From NCBI RefSeq assembly GCF_964204645.1, contig NC_134033.1, forward strand, positions 3,430,131 to 3,494,130: 64,000 bases of DNA. The letters run 5' to 3'. The stretch comes from Tubulanus polymorphus (Eukaryota > Animalia > Nemertea). Numbering within the stretch: position 1 is the stretch's first letter; every line of letters begins with the position of its first letter. The translations under genes were made by a program, and so were the position numbers. The notes under the pieces are model-generated. The model was not told the DNA's origin, ran no database searches, and was given only the letters and a program-made list of their open reading frames with translations. Below are positions 13,750 through 26,789 of this stretch, piece after piece.

Positions 13750-13960
13750 CAGGTTGGTTAAGTCCAGCACATATTGACAGCAATCAGGTCCTGAGTAAAT
13801 GAGGAAAGTTTGAATTCCACTTATGTATTCGTTGATTTAGTCCGCAGCAGGTATTGCATTGACAGCAATCAGGTCCCGAGTAAGCGAGGAAGGCCTGAAG
13901 TCCACTGTGTAATTGTTGGTTAAGTCCAGCACGCATTGACAGCAATCAGGTCGTGAGGAA
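13750..13960. repeat. Short tandem array (about 3 degenerate units containing attgacagcaatcaggtc)
   Basis: The motif recurs at about 13774, 13858 and 13935, with a further copy near 14150. Confidence 0.7.
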
Positions 13961-15239
13961 GTAGAGCTTCTCTGAAAATGAAACGTAATGATCACCGTTA
14001 TGATTTTTGATTTGACTCGTTACATTGTAGTCTGTTATACGCGGTATAAAACATATTCACTCACCACCAATTTCTGTCTGGAGCATCGTGGATCATTTCG
14101 AAAAATGTCTGGGGTCAATAGTGTTGGTTTAGTCAGCCTCGCGGTGTTGGCAGCAATCAGGTCCTGAGTGAGGAATGGCTGATCTGAAAAACAATTTCAT
14201 ATTTTACAAGTTTCAATTCTTACTGGAAGAATCAATACCCAAATAAAGATTGCGACTTAGTTTCCTCATAACTCATAGATTTATAGAATCCAGTAAAATA
14301 TTGAACTCACTCAACATTCAGGATCAGGACTTGAGATATATGCGCGTGTATAGTGCTCAGAACTGATTCAATTCAAATCGAACACGTATTACATGATTTC
14401 AAAGACCGACGGCAATAACAGGACACAATGTGAACATATTTCGTTATAATGCGGTTCAATGGACACCGGCACCACTGGCTTGATAATGTTTTGAAGTATC
14501 TGACGAAGCTGAACCACGCCACACAAAGTCAATGGAATATGTTTAGCTAGGGCGATTCCCTATCGAAAATCAATTAAGAGTGAAAATTGTTAAATTTTGG
14601 TGCCACCTCATCACACAGGGGTCGTCTCACTCTGGGAAAATGAACACGGGTGGCGTGTTCGGTCATGGGACGCTAATTTTTGACGATACATTTTTCTATT
14701 GGAGCGCTAGAACATTTTTCAAGCGACGCAGGACGTGTGAACCCCCAGTATTCGACCCTGTTTAATGCCAGGCGTTGACCGCGTTGAACACTGTGCCGTG
14801 GGTTTTACTAGATAATCGTGTTTATGACAATAGTAGTAAATGAATATCACGCGTAAAATCGACGATAAAAATTGTGGCTTAGGTTACAATATTTGTTACG
14901 AGCAGTCCTTCCCAAATATTCGAAATAACGGAGTTAGTGAGACAACGATTGCGGGATGGCTTTTATAAAAAAATGTCCATAAATCTCTTGAATTTTACTC
15001 AAAATTAGACTCTTATATCGTAGCATTAAATTAGAATGGGGAACATAGCAATTCTTAGTTAACCTACAACGCAACGGATTTACGCTCGGTTTTTATCCCA
15101 CGCGCTAATCGCCCTAGCTATTGAAACTGGTAGATACCAAAACATAATAAGGGACGATCGCTTAGGTAACAAATGTAACCTAAACAAAATTAATAAAAGG
15201 GCATTATATTGAAAATTGAGGGGTAGTAAATATTTGTGA

Positions 15240-15425
15240 AAACTTGAATATACGGAAGGTAAACGGATAATAAGATAAAAACCCACTATCTGCAAATTAA
15301 AAGAGTTTTAAAACAAGAAATTTATTAATTCGAACAATCTAGAATATATAAGATACACGTTTCGATCTCACCCTAAAGATCATCGTCAGGTATGACCTGA
15401 CGATGATCTCTAGGGTGAAGATATT
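15240..15425 (-). mobile_element. Penelope-like terminal fragment containing a hammerhead-ribozyme-like core, with an inverted partial duplicate
   Basis: Minus strand CTGACGA-T-GATCT-ttagggtg-AGATC-GAAACG; immediately followed on the plus strand by cctgacgatgatctctagggtg, forming a hairpin. Confidence 0.6.
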
Positions 15426-16170
15426 CTGGTAACGAATCATCGATCTCCTACGGAAGAGCAATGCGGCCAACAACGTTTTATTTTCAGTTTCAAAGGTCGA
15501 ATCTTCGACCTAATTAGTCTACGATTGGCTGGATATATAGACTGGTGGCGCCGAGCAGAAACCCGTCCGCCCAAGAATTCTTTTTGGGCGATGTAATAGA
15601 CCGATGAAGGATTTCCGGCCAGGGTTTGTATTGGTGTGAGCTCCAGCGGGTGGCAATCAAACCCTGGCAAGCGAGGATGAGACTATACCTGCTATCATTT
15701 TCTGATTTCAACTGTTTCCAATCCCATTGCCGATACGTTTTTAAATGAAATTCTTAATCACTTTCAAATAAGTGCAATTTCCACCATAATCGTCATAATT
15801 CAGGAGAAACAAGGATTTAGATGTAGATTCTGTTATTTTTTTACCGAAAGTTTGGACCTACGGGTGCTAGGTAGGACCCCCCAAAACCTGAGGTCAAGTT
15901 GAGGTCACGCAACCAAAAAAGTCGCCGACAACATACTGCCTGTGTGTGTAGAGTATATACAATCGCTTGTGAGCTCTCTATATGTCAGCAGCCAGGCTCG
16001 ACTAGTTTGCCATCTATCGGGGGTAATAGGAACCGTCACTTGAGGCGTGACCACGACCTAGTCTCTTTGTTTAAGCTGTCACGTGAGGCGTGACGACGCC
16101 AACTGAAGAGCCACGTTAAAACCAGTTTTCGTTCTAGTCCGACCTTCACTTCATACGTTCGACCATAGGC

Positions 16171-16236
16171 GCCTCCGTAGCCTAATGGATATGGCATCGG
16201 CCGCCTAAGCCGGGGGTTCGAGTCCCCCCGGGGGTA
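16171..16236 (+). pseudogene. tRNA-Arg(CCT)-derived pseudogene
   Basis: GCCTCCGTAGCCTAATGGATATGGCATCGGCCGCCTAAGCCGGGGGTTCGAGTCCCCCCGGGGGTA. It has an acceptor stem, a D arm typical of tRNA-Arg and anticodon CCT, but the variable region is deleted and U33 is replaced by G. Confidence 0.75.
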
Positions 16237-16748
16237 CATTTATCAATCCCAAAATCCCTACAATCAAAACAAACTTTTTAACACCACAATATAGCCAACT
16301 TTTCTTTAGCGGCATTCAAACGGAAGAGACCACGTTGAAGTGAAAATTTTCAGTTTAAACATGGTGTTGAATAAAACAACATGGTGTTAAATCAAACAAA
16401 AGGTCAAAGATCTTTTAATGGAAAACAATGGAGCTTGAATATCACATTTTTTAATGTAGCCCGAATCAGCCACTATAGATTTGTGTACGCTACAGGCTTA
16501 GGGAATAGCGTCATTTTTCTACACGTGTTTCAACTAGAATGTACTTCATTCGTATTCGGAATGTCAAACCGTTAGTTCAATCTACGTATGAACGCACAAA
16601 AATATTTTCCACTCCACAAGCGACAAGTTCCACAGACTCTCACAGAGTATAGCTTTCACCAAACGACAAGCCGTGCAGATAATGATAGGGCTTGTTTCGA
16701 CTGTTCGTCTAGATCGTAGGGTTCACGCCCGGCGTCTGAAATATCATC

Positions 16749-17741
16749 ATGGAACGCATTCAATGGTTCAACGAATCGGTTGCTCAGAAATGTTTCCCTA
16801 CAAGACGCGTTGTATGGAATCTGGTTTCGGTTATTATGATCGGTACAATAGGATGGTGCGGTATCTTCGTTAACACCGTCACGATCTTCGTCTTGTACCG
16901 TTTACATAAACTGAACCAGCCCGCCACTTCATATTTCATACTAATGTTACTCGCCATCTTTGACGATATAGCTAGCGTGGCAACCGTTATGTACAATCAG
17001 TTGACTTGGGTGTTGAAAATCAGCCGTCACGGAAAAATGGGATTGTTTTTGGACAGTGCATATGCGGCACCTGAACTTTACATAGCGGGTAACGTGCTCT
17101 TAAAATGGACATCTTATACTCGTAACAGCTTAACGGTACTTGTGACGTTCGACCGCGCGTTTAACATTTGTTTTCCATTTAAAGCTAAAAGACTTTGGAA
17201 GTTAAAGCAATGTAACGTCGTTTTTACGGCATTCTTTATCGTGTGGACGGCGCTGTTTTGTTTTCGCGCCCAAGACAGAATTATCGTGTACATCATTAAC
17301 GAATGCACGTTCGGCAGGCGTATGCTCTTTGTCAAAAATATCTATAATCAACCCAGGGCCGTGAGTCTTCTGCAAAATATCTTCTCGACTTACATACCCG
17401 TTGCGCTTGTACCGATGTTGAACATAATTATGGTCCTACGTTTAAAGAGACACGGCGAGGATCGTAATAAACTAACTGGTCCCAGCAGAACTGATAATCA
17501 AAATAAACAGACCAGCGGAGCTTCGAGAATGGTGTTTATAGCGTCTGCTATATTCGTGGTTTTAAACCTGCCCGATATATTTTACGATATACTGAATCTT
17601 ATGCCGAATCTAATTATATGGCCTTTATTGCTTACAAACGACGTTTGTCAAGCGCTGAACTCGAGTGTCAACGGTATATTCTATTTCATCTACAGCCCGA
17701 AATTCAAACAAGAACTGAAATCTCTGTGGGGTAGCTATTAG
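16749..17741 (+). CDS. Intronless class A GPCR (peptide/FMRFamide-receptor-like), 330 aa
   Basis: Seven hydrophobic segments with class A motifs: GIFVN (TM1), LAIFD (TM2), FDRAFNICFP (TM3) and LNSSVNGIFYFIYSPKFK (TM7/H8). ATG start and open frame. Confidence 0.92.
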   Translation: MERIQWFNESVAQKCFPTRRVVWNLVSVIMIGTIGWCGIFVNTVTIFVLYRLHKLNQPATSYFILMLLAIFDDIASVATVMYNQLTWVLKISRHGKMGLFLDSAYAAPELYIAGNVLLKWTSYTRNSLTVLVTFDRAFNICFPFKAKRLWKLKQCNVVFTAFFIVWTALFCFRAQDRIIVYIINECTFGRRMLFVKNIYNQPRAVSLLQNIFSTYIPVALVPMLNIIMVLRLKRHGEDRNKLTGPSRTDNQNKQTSGASRMVFIASAIFVVLNLPDIFYDILNLMPNLIIWPLLLTNDVCQALNSSVNGIFYFIYSPKFKQELKSLWGSY

Positions 17742-18149
17742 TTCGGAATGTTTGTAGGACGATAACCCCCGGGACAATACTCTCTCCTCACCTCGGAATT
17801 GTCCCCGATATTATAACCTCCCCACGGTCAAATAGACTTCACCGTAACCTGATCCTGGGGGTTTGGGTGTGGTGTCCGTGGAGGTCAGGACACCACACTA
17901 AAATCTCGAGGCGGTCCCTTATATAATTTCCAGACTGAATGTATTTCTTAAGTCGCGACTTTTTCATTTTATTCATTTTTATTCTTCATTTTGTCTTATT
18001 CATGCAATATTGACATAAATGAGAATGTTTTATTCATTTATCAATGATTATTTTTTGGTAAAAACGTCTGAGCATGGGTCGCCCTATACAATATCTTTGA
18101 GTGTGTCACAAAAAAACGAAACATTTTAAGTGTGTTGCTGTAAAGATTC

Positions 18150-21100
18150 GCGAAATGCTGCCGATTAAGAAATTAGCCACAAAAGCCGGTTACAAAGCCT
18201 TTTCAACTGGAACGGCAATCTCGTCGTAGACTCTGAAATATACAGAGGCGATGGAAGCGAATTTCATAACGTAGCGAAAGTAACCGACCAACCGGCTTAC
18301 GAAGAAGCGGTAGCCAATCAAGCGAAGATAAATCCCCCTCGCGATGGACATTTCACTTTTCGCGCTGACCTTGAACACGTACTAACAGCGACATCGACAG
18401 CACCACGCAACTTGCCCTCTAGACAAACGGCCAAGCGCACGTCTAGGAAACCCGAGCCGAAACGGCCACGCATTGCATCGGACGAAACTGTAAACGTGGG
18501 CGCAGCCTTGGAAGAAGCGCGCGTGGTATTAGACATGAACGCGGACCAATTCATCCCTACCGAAGCTAATCGTGAAGCTCCCCCCTCGGTTGAGGCATAA
18601 CAGGAGACCACAGAGCATATTTCGACTAAGTTATCGACATTAACTATAAATGTATGCGGCTTAAAAAGCAAAGAACATATTCCCGAGTTTCAATCGCTGA
18701 TTAAATCACATGACATAATAATCCTGACCGAAACGAAGCTTAACGATACAGATGAGGCCTGGGCTAAGAACTTCTTCAACAATTTGGGGTATACTGTATT
18801 CTTAAAAAATCGTGAGAAACTATCTTCGTTCCGGTCCGGTGGCATAGCGATTGCGATAAGCAATATTTTAGCTCCTCATGTAACTATTATCAAAAGTTCT
18901 TGTAATTATGTATCATGGCTACTTGAAGACAAGCATATAATTGACAAAGATAAAAATCTACAAATAGGGGCTGTATACTTACCACCAGAAACCAGTAAAT
19001 TTGGCGGAGTAGACTGCTTTAATGCATTGAATATCGATATTCTCGAGAAATTTAATAGTACAGAATCCTTTTTATTATTATGCGGTGACTTAAACGCCTA
19101 TACCGGAGCACTCTTAGACTACAATTCACCAGAAAACTACATAACTGTTGGATCAGACCTTGACAACGAGCTTCTTTTAGAAACCTATACTTGTGAACAG
19201 GTGCTTTCCAGTTATGACATATTAAGACGCAAAACTAAAGATCTCTCGGTGAATAACTATTGGTCCCGTTTAGTAGAACTGCGTAAAAACCATAGTATTA
19301 TTATTTTGAACGGCAGGATAGCTCCCGATCGATTGACCGGTGACTATACGTGTCATAAAGGCGAAATTAAACATATAGTAGATTACATGATCGCATCCCC
19401 TCATTTGATCAGTTCTGCAAGACTGTTCCAGGTTTTAGAATTCGAAAAGCTTTTCTCTGACGTCCACAGTGGTCTAATTGCAGAGTTCAGTTTTAAGATC
19501 GAAATTCCAGACCTGGCCTCTGTGGACGCCAGTGAAAACTGTCAAGAGAAAGTTAATTGGAAGCCAGATCTGAAGGATCAATTTGTTCAGTCCTTAGAAA
19601 GGGAAATGCCTCTTCTCAATAGTATCAGTGAATGTCTCGCAAACAACACATTAAATGCAAACGAGGCCAACGACAGGCTTTGCAATATATTGTTAACCAC
19701 AGCTGGTAACGTCATGGGTAAGCGGGTTTTGAAACGTAAATCCAAACCGCGGTCAGCCGTTAAAGCCACTAACAACGTAACAGTTAGACTAGCGAGGTCT
19801 GACTATCGCCGTGCCAAACGTTTGTACCTAAGCCTGCGCACTAGAAATAATCATTTTGAAATGAATCGTGCCTTTCGTAAATATAAAAAAACTATTAACA
19901 AATGGAAAAACGACAAAAGGCAAGAATTTAGCAGGAAAATTAGACAACTATCAAACTCTGACCCTCATACATTTTGGAAACTATTCAAAAAATCAGATAA
20001 CAATTCGTGCAAAGTTCCAAACTCCGATCTCTTCCAACATTTCAAATCTATGAATGAAAGCCCAGTTTTAAACGGAAACGAACCTCTATTAAATAACGTT
20101 GATGAATTTATAGGTAGTAACTTTGACCATGGCCCTTTGAATCAACCGTTCTCTAGGGAAGAAATCTCAAAATGTATTAAAAAGCAAACAAATTTCAAGG
20201 CCTGTGGTATCGATGGGATACCGAATGAGTTCCTCAAAAGTGCCGAAGAATCACTACTACCTTTAATAGTAAACCTTTTTAATAATGCTCTCGACACAGG
20301 CACTATTCCAGAGTCATGGTTGAAAGGCATCATTGTCCCTTTCTTTAAACAAAAAGGTAGCGAAAAGGACCCCGATAATTATAGGGGAATCACCCTTTTA
20401 AGCAATATTGGAAAACTATTCACTAGTATTATCAACGAAAGAATTACTGAGTACTTAGAAATTAACAATCTTTTGCTACAGAACCAGGCCGGTTTTAGGA
20501 AGAATCATAGCATTATGGACCACGTATTTACCCTCAAGGCTCTAGTCGACACCTTCCTAAACAACAATCAAAAACTCTATTGTATTTTCATAGATTATAA
20601 AAAAGGCTTCGAATCTATCTGGAGAAAGGCCTTGTGGCACAAACTAATTAACAGTGGTGTCACTGGCGAAGTACTTAACGTTATACATAAAATGTATCAA
20701 GGTTTCAAATCATGTGTTTTTCCGATAATAAAATGTCAGATTTTTTTGATAGCTATTTAGGGGTAAGACAAGGTGAAAATCTGTCTCCTATATTATTTTC
20801 TATCTTTTTAAACGACCTGGAAAGCTATCTATTAGAACGAAATAGTCCAACCCTAGATTTTTTCGGACCTAACAATGTGCCATGGTTCCAACTTTTAATT
20901 CTCATGTATGCAGATGACACGGTTTTATTAAGTAATTCGCCCGAGGGACTCCAAAAACTTATAGATAATCTCTGTGAATATTGCCAAGAATGGAAACTTT
21001 CAATTAATAATGACAAGACAAAGGTCATCATCTTCTCGAAAAGAAGATTAAGAATCCTACCAGAATTTTACATTAATGGTCACAAATTAGAAATAGTTGA

Positions 21101-22360
21101 TAAATTCAAGTACCTGGGTGTTTTCTTTTCATACACTGGATCGTTCACACAATGTCGTAAAACTCTTTCGGAACAAGCTATGAAAGCGGTATTTTTTGTA
21201 TTAAAAAAGTCAAGTGAACATTCATTAGACCTAGATCTGACCTTGAAACTTTATGATAGTATGGTATTACCTATATTGCTGTTTGGCTGTCAAATTTGGG
21301 GATATGAGAACACACAGGTACTCGAGCGTGTTCAGTTACAATTTTTTAAATATTTACTCAGATTGAAAAGGTCTACGTCTAGTGTATTTATTTACGGTGA
21401 GCTTGGGCGCTATCCTTTAGAGATTTATGTTAAATTGAGAATCGTTAAATTTTGGACAAAATTGATAAATCAGACTGAACATTTCTCTTCTTTTATGTAC
21501 AAATATATCTATCAAACGCACCACGGCGGTCGGAGTAACGCTTGGATTCTTAATGTTAAAAATATTCTTGTAAAAAATGGTCTCGGCCACGCTTGGGAAA
21601 CTCAATCTGTACCCAGTGCTAATTATCTTTATAGTATTTTGAAACAGAGACTCATGGATCAGTACGCACAAGGCTGACACTCCAAGGTCAACGAAACACC
21701 AATTTGCTTAACCTACAAGCGTTTTAAAAACTGTTTTAAATTCGAAGAGTACCTGACCAAATTACCCCCCAGTCTCCGTCTAGCCTTGTGTCGATTCAGA
21801 TGCTCGAACCATAAGTTACCTATTGAAATCGGTAGATATCGCCAGATTGAGCGAAACCATAGAATTTGTCAGAAATGTCATTTGGCAGCAACTGGAGACG
21901 AATTCCATTTTCTTTTAGTATGTCCCTTTTTTCAAAGCCTGAAAAACAAATTTATACCTAGTTACTACTGGCGACATCCCAATGAAAATACCTTACATAA
22001 CCTTTTCTGTTCGAGAGGTAAAACTTTGCTCAATCTGGCGATATTCATTAAAAAAGGTATCAAATTATTTACCTAATATAGTGTATAATTATCGGATCCC
22101 GATACTACAATTCCGCCTCATCTTTTGCATTATAATTTCATTATAATTATAATTATTATTATTATAAGTATTATATTACTGCTATCACTATTATTATTAT
22201 TTTTACTATTATCATAATTGTTATTATTATAAATATGATTATTATTAATACTATCATTATATTTTTTTGTAATATGCTGTAATCTATGCGCCACTTTTGT
22301 GCTCTGTGCAATGTTATTATAACTTGTGGAGTGAATAAACTAAACTGAAACTGAAACTGC
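18150..22360 (+). mobile_element. Non-LTR retrotransposon (LINE, RTE-X-like), degenerate: ORF1 remnant plus ORF2 with APE endonuclease, RT and C-terminal CCHC finger
   Basis: APE motifs (TINVCGL, LTETK, GDLNA, VDYM, SDVH) from about 18630. RT motifs (YRGITLLS, QAGFRK, GVRQGENLSP, YADD, YLG). C-terminal CQKC...DEFHFLLVC. Frameshift near 20720, in-frame TGA at 21675-21677, and a 3' tail aataaac(aaactg)n. The 5' boundary is approximate. Confidence 0.93.
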
Positions 22361-22796
22361 AAAATCAGTTTAATCTCACAGCGTGAACAATATTCATTAT
22401 TTACCCACTGATAGTTACAGGTTTCATAGAAGTTTAAGTTTCGACCAATCCCAATTTTTATTACGCATAATTAGCGGCATGAACATATTAAGTTTCTCTA
22501 CACCGGGACATCTATATAACAATTATAGAATTCTAGTGACCAATTCACTGCATGCAGCTTCAGCGTCACATGAGTGTCTTGATCAGTTTAAATCTATTCT
22601 CACTGCCATCTCTAAGCAGGTTTTATCTTAAAAAATGCTTCAACCTTTATCTTCTTCTATTGCATAGATTTTAGTCAACATCAACGAGATTATGACTAAT
22701 GCTAGTTTTTGCAAAGAGAAAGATATTTTCTTTCGCTTTAATTTCATGTCGGGTAAAGTTGCGTGCTAAGAGAAGAATCAATATTTACATCAATGG

Positions 22797-23747
22797 TTAT
22801 TTGACTGAATTTCTACAGCGGATTTTTGTACAAAAATATTCTCGAATTTCTCGTCCGAGTAAAAGATATATGTAGAAATTTACCACATAGTTACACTGGT
22901 GGAACATGCTAAAAATTTCGTATAGAAAATCTATCTGTTCCGGTGAACCTGGTAAAAATGTAGTAATAGTGGTTGGAAGTGTGAATATTGCAAATGCGAG
23001 TGAAACTGTTACGAGCATTATTGTTGTACGTTTTGATTTTGTAGTTTTCTGATCGGACGAAACCATTTTTGAACCTCTGAATAACTGAATTATTATTACA
23101 GAATTTGATGTCATGATCAACGTTAAAGGTAGCATATACGCATAGATGCAAAATACAATGAAATATATTATTTGATCAAATAATTCATAGTAACATCCAA
23201 AAGACTGGTCGGTAAAGTGTATAGACAAAGCAGGCGTGAGATAATTAAACAATACGCTCACTGCAGTAATTATCAGCATACTAAATCTAGCGAATCTCGG
23301 TGTACATATCAAACGAGATGTGAACGGGAAGAGAACAACTGCCCCTCGTTCTAGAGATATCGCTACTATCAACCACGAACTAGTACAGGATGCAAGTACC
23401 ATAACAAATTCATACATTTGACAACTGATCAGTGAGTTCATGATGAACATTGGACCGATGTTAGTGTGCAAGAGAACAAACTGTAAAACAGGCATCAGTG
23501 TAATGTTGATACAGAACACGAAATCACTGGCAGACAAAACGATCAGATAGTTAGCGTAAGATAAACCGCGGAATCTGCGACTTATCATTATCAGGAAAGT
23601 AGCCGAATTGCCGAAGGCTCCCAGGAGGAACACGGCTGGTAAAACGACCAGTGACACAGTACGGTAGATACCAGACTTGTTCTGTATAGACATGATAATG
23701 ATGTAACTGTTGTAAGTTCGACCAATTTGCATCTGAGTAGAATTCAT
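22797..23747 (-). CDS. Intronless class A GPCR (peptide-receptor-like), 316 aa
   Basis: N-terminal NST sequon, GAFGN (TM1), LSASD (TM2), Cys plus SLERGAVVLFP (TM3), and NYVVNFYIY (TM7). Confidence 0.92.
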   Translation of the reverse strand: MNSTQMQIGRTYNSYIIIMSIQNKSGIYRTVSLVVLPAVFLLGAFGNSATFLIMISRRFRGLSYANYLIVLSASDFVFCINITLMPVLQFVLLHTNIGPMFIMNSLISCQMYEFVMVLASCTSSWLIVAISLERGAVVLFPFTSRLICTPRFARFSMLIITAVSVLFNYLTPALSIHFTDQSFGCYYELFDQIIYFIVFCIYAYMLPLTLIMTSNSVIIIQLFRGSKMVSSDQKTTKSKRTTIMLVTVSLAFAIFTLPTTITTFLPGSPEQIDFLYEIFSMFHQCNYVVNFYIYLLLGREIREYFCTKIRCRNSVK

Positions 23748-24099
23748 GATTCACGATAATCAACTCGTGAAGGTGTGGACTGACAGTCTCGATAGATTGA
23801 CACTAATGAAGCTAACAAATTTATTGTTCGGATTAAATGAAAAATCAGTTCTAAGAACACAATTTACTCAGATTTAGTAAAGTTTATTATTTGTAAAAGA
23901 TATGAATATATCTAGATTGAAAAGAAATATTCGTCGTACAAGAATTCATTGTAAATGGTGAAATACTGATGACGGGGTCAAATATTAAAATATCTTAACG
24001 GGTTGGACAATGTCTATCAGTTCTATACAGGTAAAATAGCTTAAGTAGTTCATAATCAAAACACACAGTAAAGTATATAATCATTACTCATTACAGGAC

Positions 24100-24375
24100 A
24101 GGATCGCCAGTGGTGACTCGGTTATCGCGCTTCAATTTCTTCTACATTTCAATTAAATTCGAGTCAACTTTTCTCGTTAGTAAATCAATTTCTTATAAAA
24201 CTATGCCATACACTTATTAAGAACGTCAATCTCATATATATTTGAAAACTTATTTGACGAAATTTCCATTTCGAAGCCTAAAAATTCGGTCCAAAGTTAA
24301 TTGAAAATGAACTAATTTTTACTAAGTATAACTGAGTGTATTGTAGCGCCATCTGGTTTGTGCCAATACCCCATT
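24100..24375 (-). mobile_element. Copy of the 11913-12264 MITE family in reverse orientation
   Basis: Ends in agcgccatctggtt...taccccatt (TIR remnant) and shares internal blocks with the other copies. Confidence 0.6.
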
Positions 24376-24591
24376 CATACATTTCCTTTTCGAATTGAAA
24401 TTCGAGGTTGTTGATAGAAGCATAGTAAATAAGCGAACGGGAAGACCGACTCCTCAAAAATCCGCTCGGCACCGCTTGTGTTTTGTTCAGCGCCCTCACC
24501 GGTGGCGATAAACAATAGATTTTGTAGACTGGTTGCCGGTCTCTATTCTTAATTTAGCGTTTTTCATTGATTTGAATAGCCATAGAAGCGA

Positions 24592-24860
24592 CATCCTCGC
24601 TTGCCAGGGGTCCGGTATCACTCCCGAACTCGCTTCCACCAGCCCCCTAGCCTCACGAAGCGTGATTTCTATACTAGCGCTGTTGCGCGTGACGTCATAT
24701 ATCGATTTGCGAAATACTTCCTTTTTCGGTATAACGTTTGCTGATTGGTCAATTTAACGGGAAAACCAACATAAGTCTACTGACGGTTTGTTACAAGCGC
24801 TGTGATTGGTACGACCCGATTCTGGTCGGCGAGTAACGAATCCCTTGACGGGTGAAGATG
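24592..24860. mobile_element. Non-autonomous DNA transposon with CATC...GATG termini and a 9-bp TSD (Mutator-like); second copy at about 63060-63384
   Basis: tagaagcga|catcctcgc ... ggtgaagatg|tagaagcga. The body is nearly identical to 63078-63384. Confidence 0.85.
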
Positions 24861-25407
24861 TAGAAGCGATAACATTAAAACCTCATTAAACTTCTTTGTG
24901 AAACTGGGCCCAGGGCCCAGTTTCACAAAGAAGTTTAACTCAAATTTTTTGGTGTAATTGCCATTGGTTACTTCATGTTTTCAATGAGGACAACAATTCA
25001 AATTGTATTTGTGAGGATTATTGCTGATTAATGCATATTGAAAAAAAAAATATATATATGCAAGATATATCATACAAGATAAGGCTACGTGAAAATGCGC
25101 TTGTTTCTCATCACCCCCTTTTCTGCAAGGTGACTGGGCGGCAGGCTATTATCTTGACCTCCCTTTTTCAAAAAAAATAGAAACAAAAAGCCTTATTCCA
25201 AATTCTAAGAGTGACGAAGGCGACTACTTACTATTTTTAAATGGGGAAATTTCAGGTGACAACGACCACAAAGCAATATTCGTAACTGAAATGCTCGCCT
25301 ACCACAGTAACAGTAACAGTAACAACTGAAAAGCGACCGTGAGACAAAATCCTTAAACCAGCGTGATCAGGTTGTTTTCGGGACACGCAGGAGTGTTTTA
25401 CTTCTTT

Positions 25408-26290
25408 TTACGAAATTTTCACTGGCGATTTTTTTTTTTGGCGAGCGCGGAATATGAAACGAGCGTATTTTTTTGCGTTGCCTACTGTGAACGTAATATA
25501 CGTTTGTTCATTAAATTTGTCCGAGGATATAGCCGATTTTAGTACGACTAGATCTTGATCCTCGTAGAAATCTACAGAAAACGGATGAAAGAATATCGAT
25601 ATTTTTGAAGCTGTTTTAGGCCCAGGGGCCAGTTGCGTGGATTCAGATGCCAATTTTGAAAAAAATTGTCACGACGTCCCAAAAGGTACTTTGATGTCCG
25701 ACAACTTATTGACAAGTTGAAAAAATTGATGGTCTTCAATCCACACTCGAACCGTGCCGCCGTGAAATGTCTTTGTATGGAAGAAAAAAAAAAACCTTTT
25801 ACAACGGATGTATATGTTTTTCTGTCGGGCTAAGTGGTGTTATCTAAAGCTGATCGGATTAGTCTAACATGTATTTGAATAATTAAGCATATTTCTTTAG
25901 AACGAAACCTAAAATTCAATTAAATGACGTAAGATATTTAAACTGGACCAAATGATTAAAAGTCTCTGTAATACAGCCCGTATCAAAGATGCCGGCTGTC
26001 GTAGAATAGGTGATGCAAATCTAGCAATGTCTAGTATAGCCTATGCATAAATGCATCCTAACACGCAAGTTTAAATAATGTCTGGTAAAATGTACTAGAA
26101 TGGAGGCCCAAGATTCAACACTTCTCAATCAACATACTCACACAATGAGTTGATCGTTTCGCACTGCCAGTCGATAATTTTATATCTAGTGAAACTTCGG
26201 AATTTCTCAGGTAAAGTAAATCGACTTTTTGATTGGATCCAACAATCCCGGAACCACGTGTTGTAGTCGGCAGAACGACACAGGAATCAG
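25408..26290 (-). pseudogene. Partial duplicate of the PAN-domain gene (3' half of exon 2, intron and start of exon 3)
   Basis: Minus strand encodes FLCRSADYNTWFRDCWIQSKSRFTLPEKFRSFTRYKIIDWQCETINSL|gtgagt, paralogous to 28865-29010. The intron and acceptor are also conserved, but the 5' part is replaced by a repeat and exon 3 diverges after FYEDQ. Confidence 0.75.
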
Positions 26291-26789
26291 TGTTAACTCC
26301 ACACACTAGGGGCGGATGTAGGGGAACTTGTGAGACTCGTAAAAGACCATCAATTTTGTTCATTGCCTGTGTGGCCATTTAAGTGCCCTTTGCGGGATAT
26401 GAAGAGTTCTTCAAAACTGGTCCTAGTACACATGATATGGCCCTTTTTGACATCATGTGACAAGTCGTTCAAAATTGGCCTCTGGATCCACCCTGCCTCG
26501 TCAACACAACAGCTATTCTCCGCTGCATCAGTTCGGCGTGTTTAGTTTAGGCCGACGACTCGCCGGTAATGATTTATCGTGAGATTACAATTCGAGGCTG
26601 GGGAACGAATACTGTCGTAACACAAGTCAATTCAAAATAAACATAAGATGATATTGGCATACGATGTGAACAAACGCACTATTAGAAAGTACGTAAATGT
26701 TTCCGAAATTAATGTCACAATAAACTCGAGGTTTCCAAAAAATTGTGACCCACGCGAACTCTTGAAATCCATATAAAACATATGTATAC

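Noticed and set aside
16171-16236. Functional tRNA-Arg gene
   Set aside because: The variable region is missing, so the anticodon and T stems overlap, and U33 is mutated. Called a pseudogene instead.
18784-22076. Active or domesticated reverse transcriptase gene, or a prokaryotic RT system
   Set aside because: Standard APE-RT LINE with a frameshift near 20720 and a premature stop at 21675.
24890-24935. Perfect palindrome cttctttgtgaaactgggccc-a-gggcccagtttcacaaagaag as a terminator or ncRNA
   Set aside because: Best explained as two abutting ends of GGGCC-terminal MITEs.
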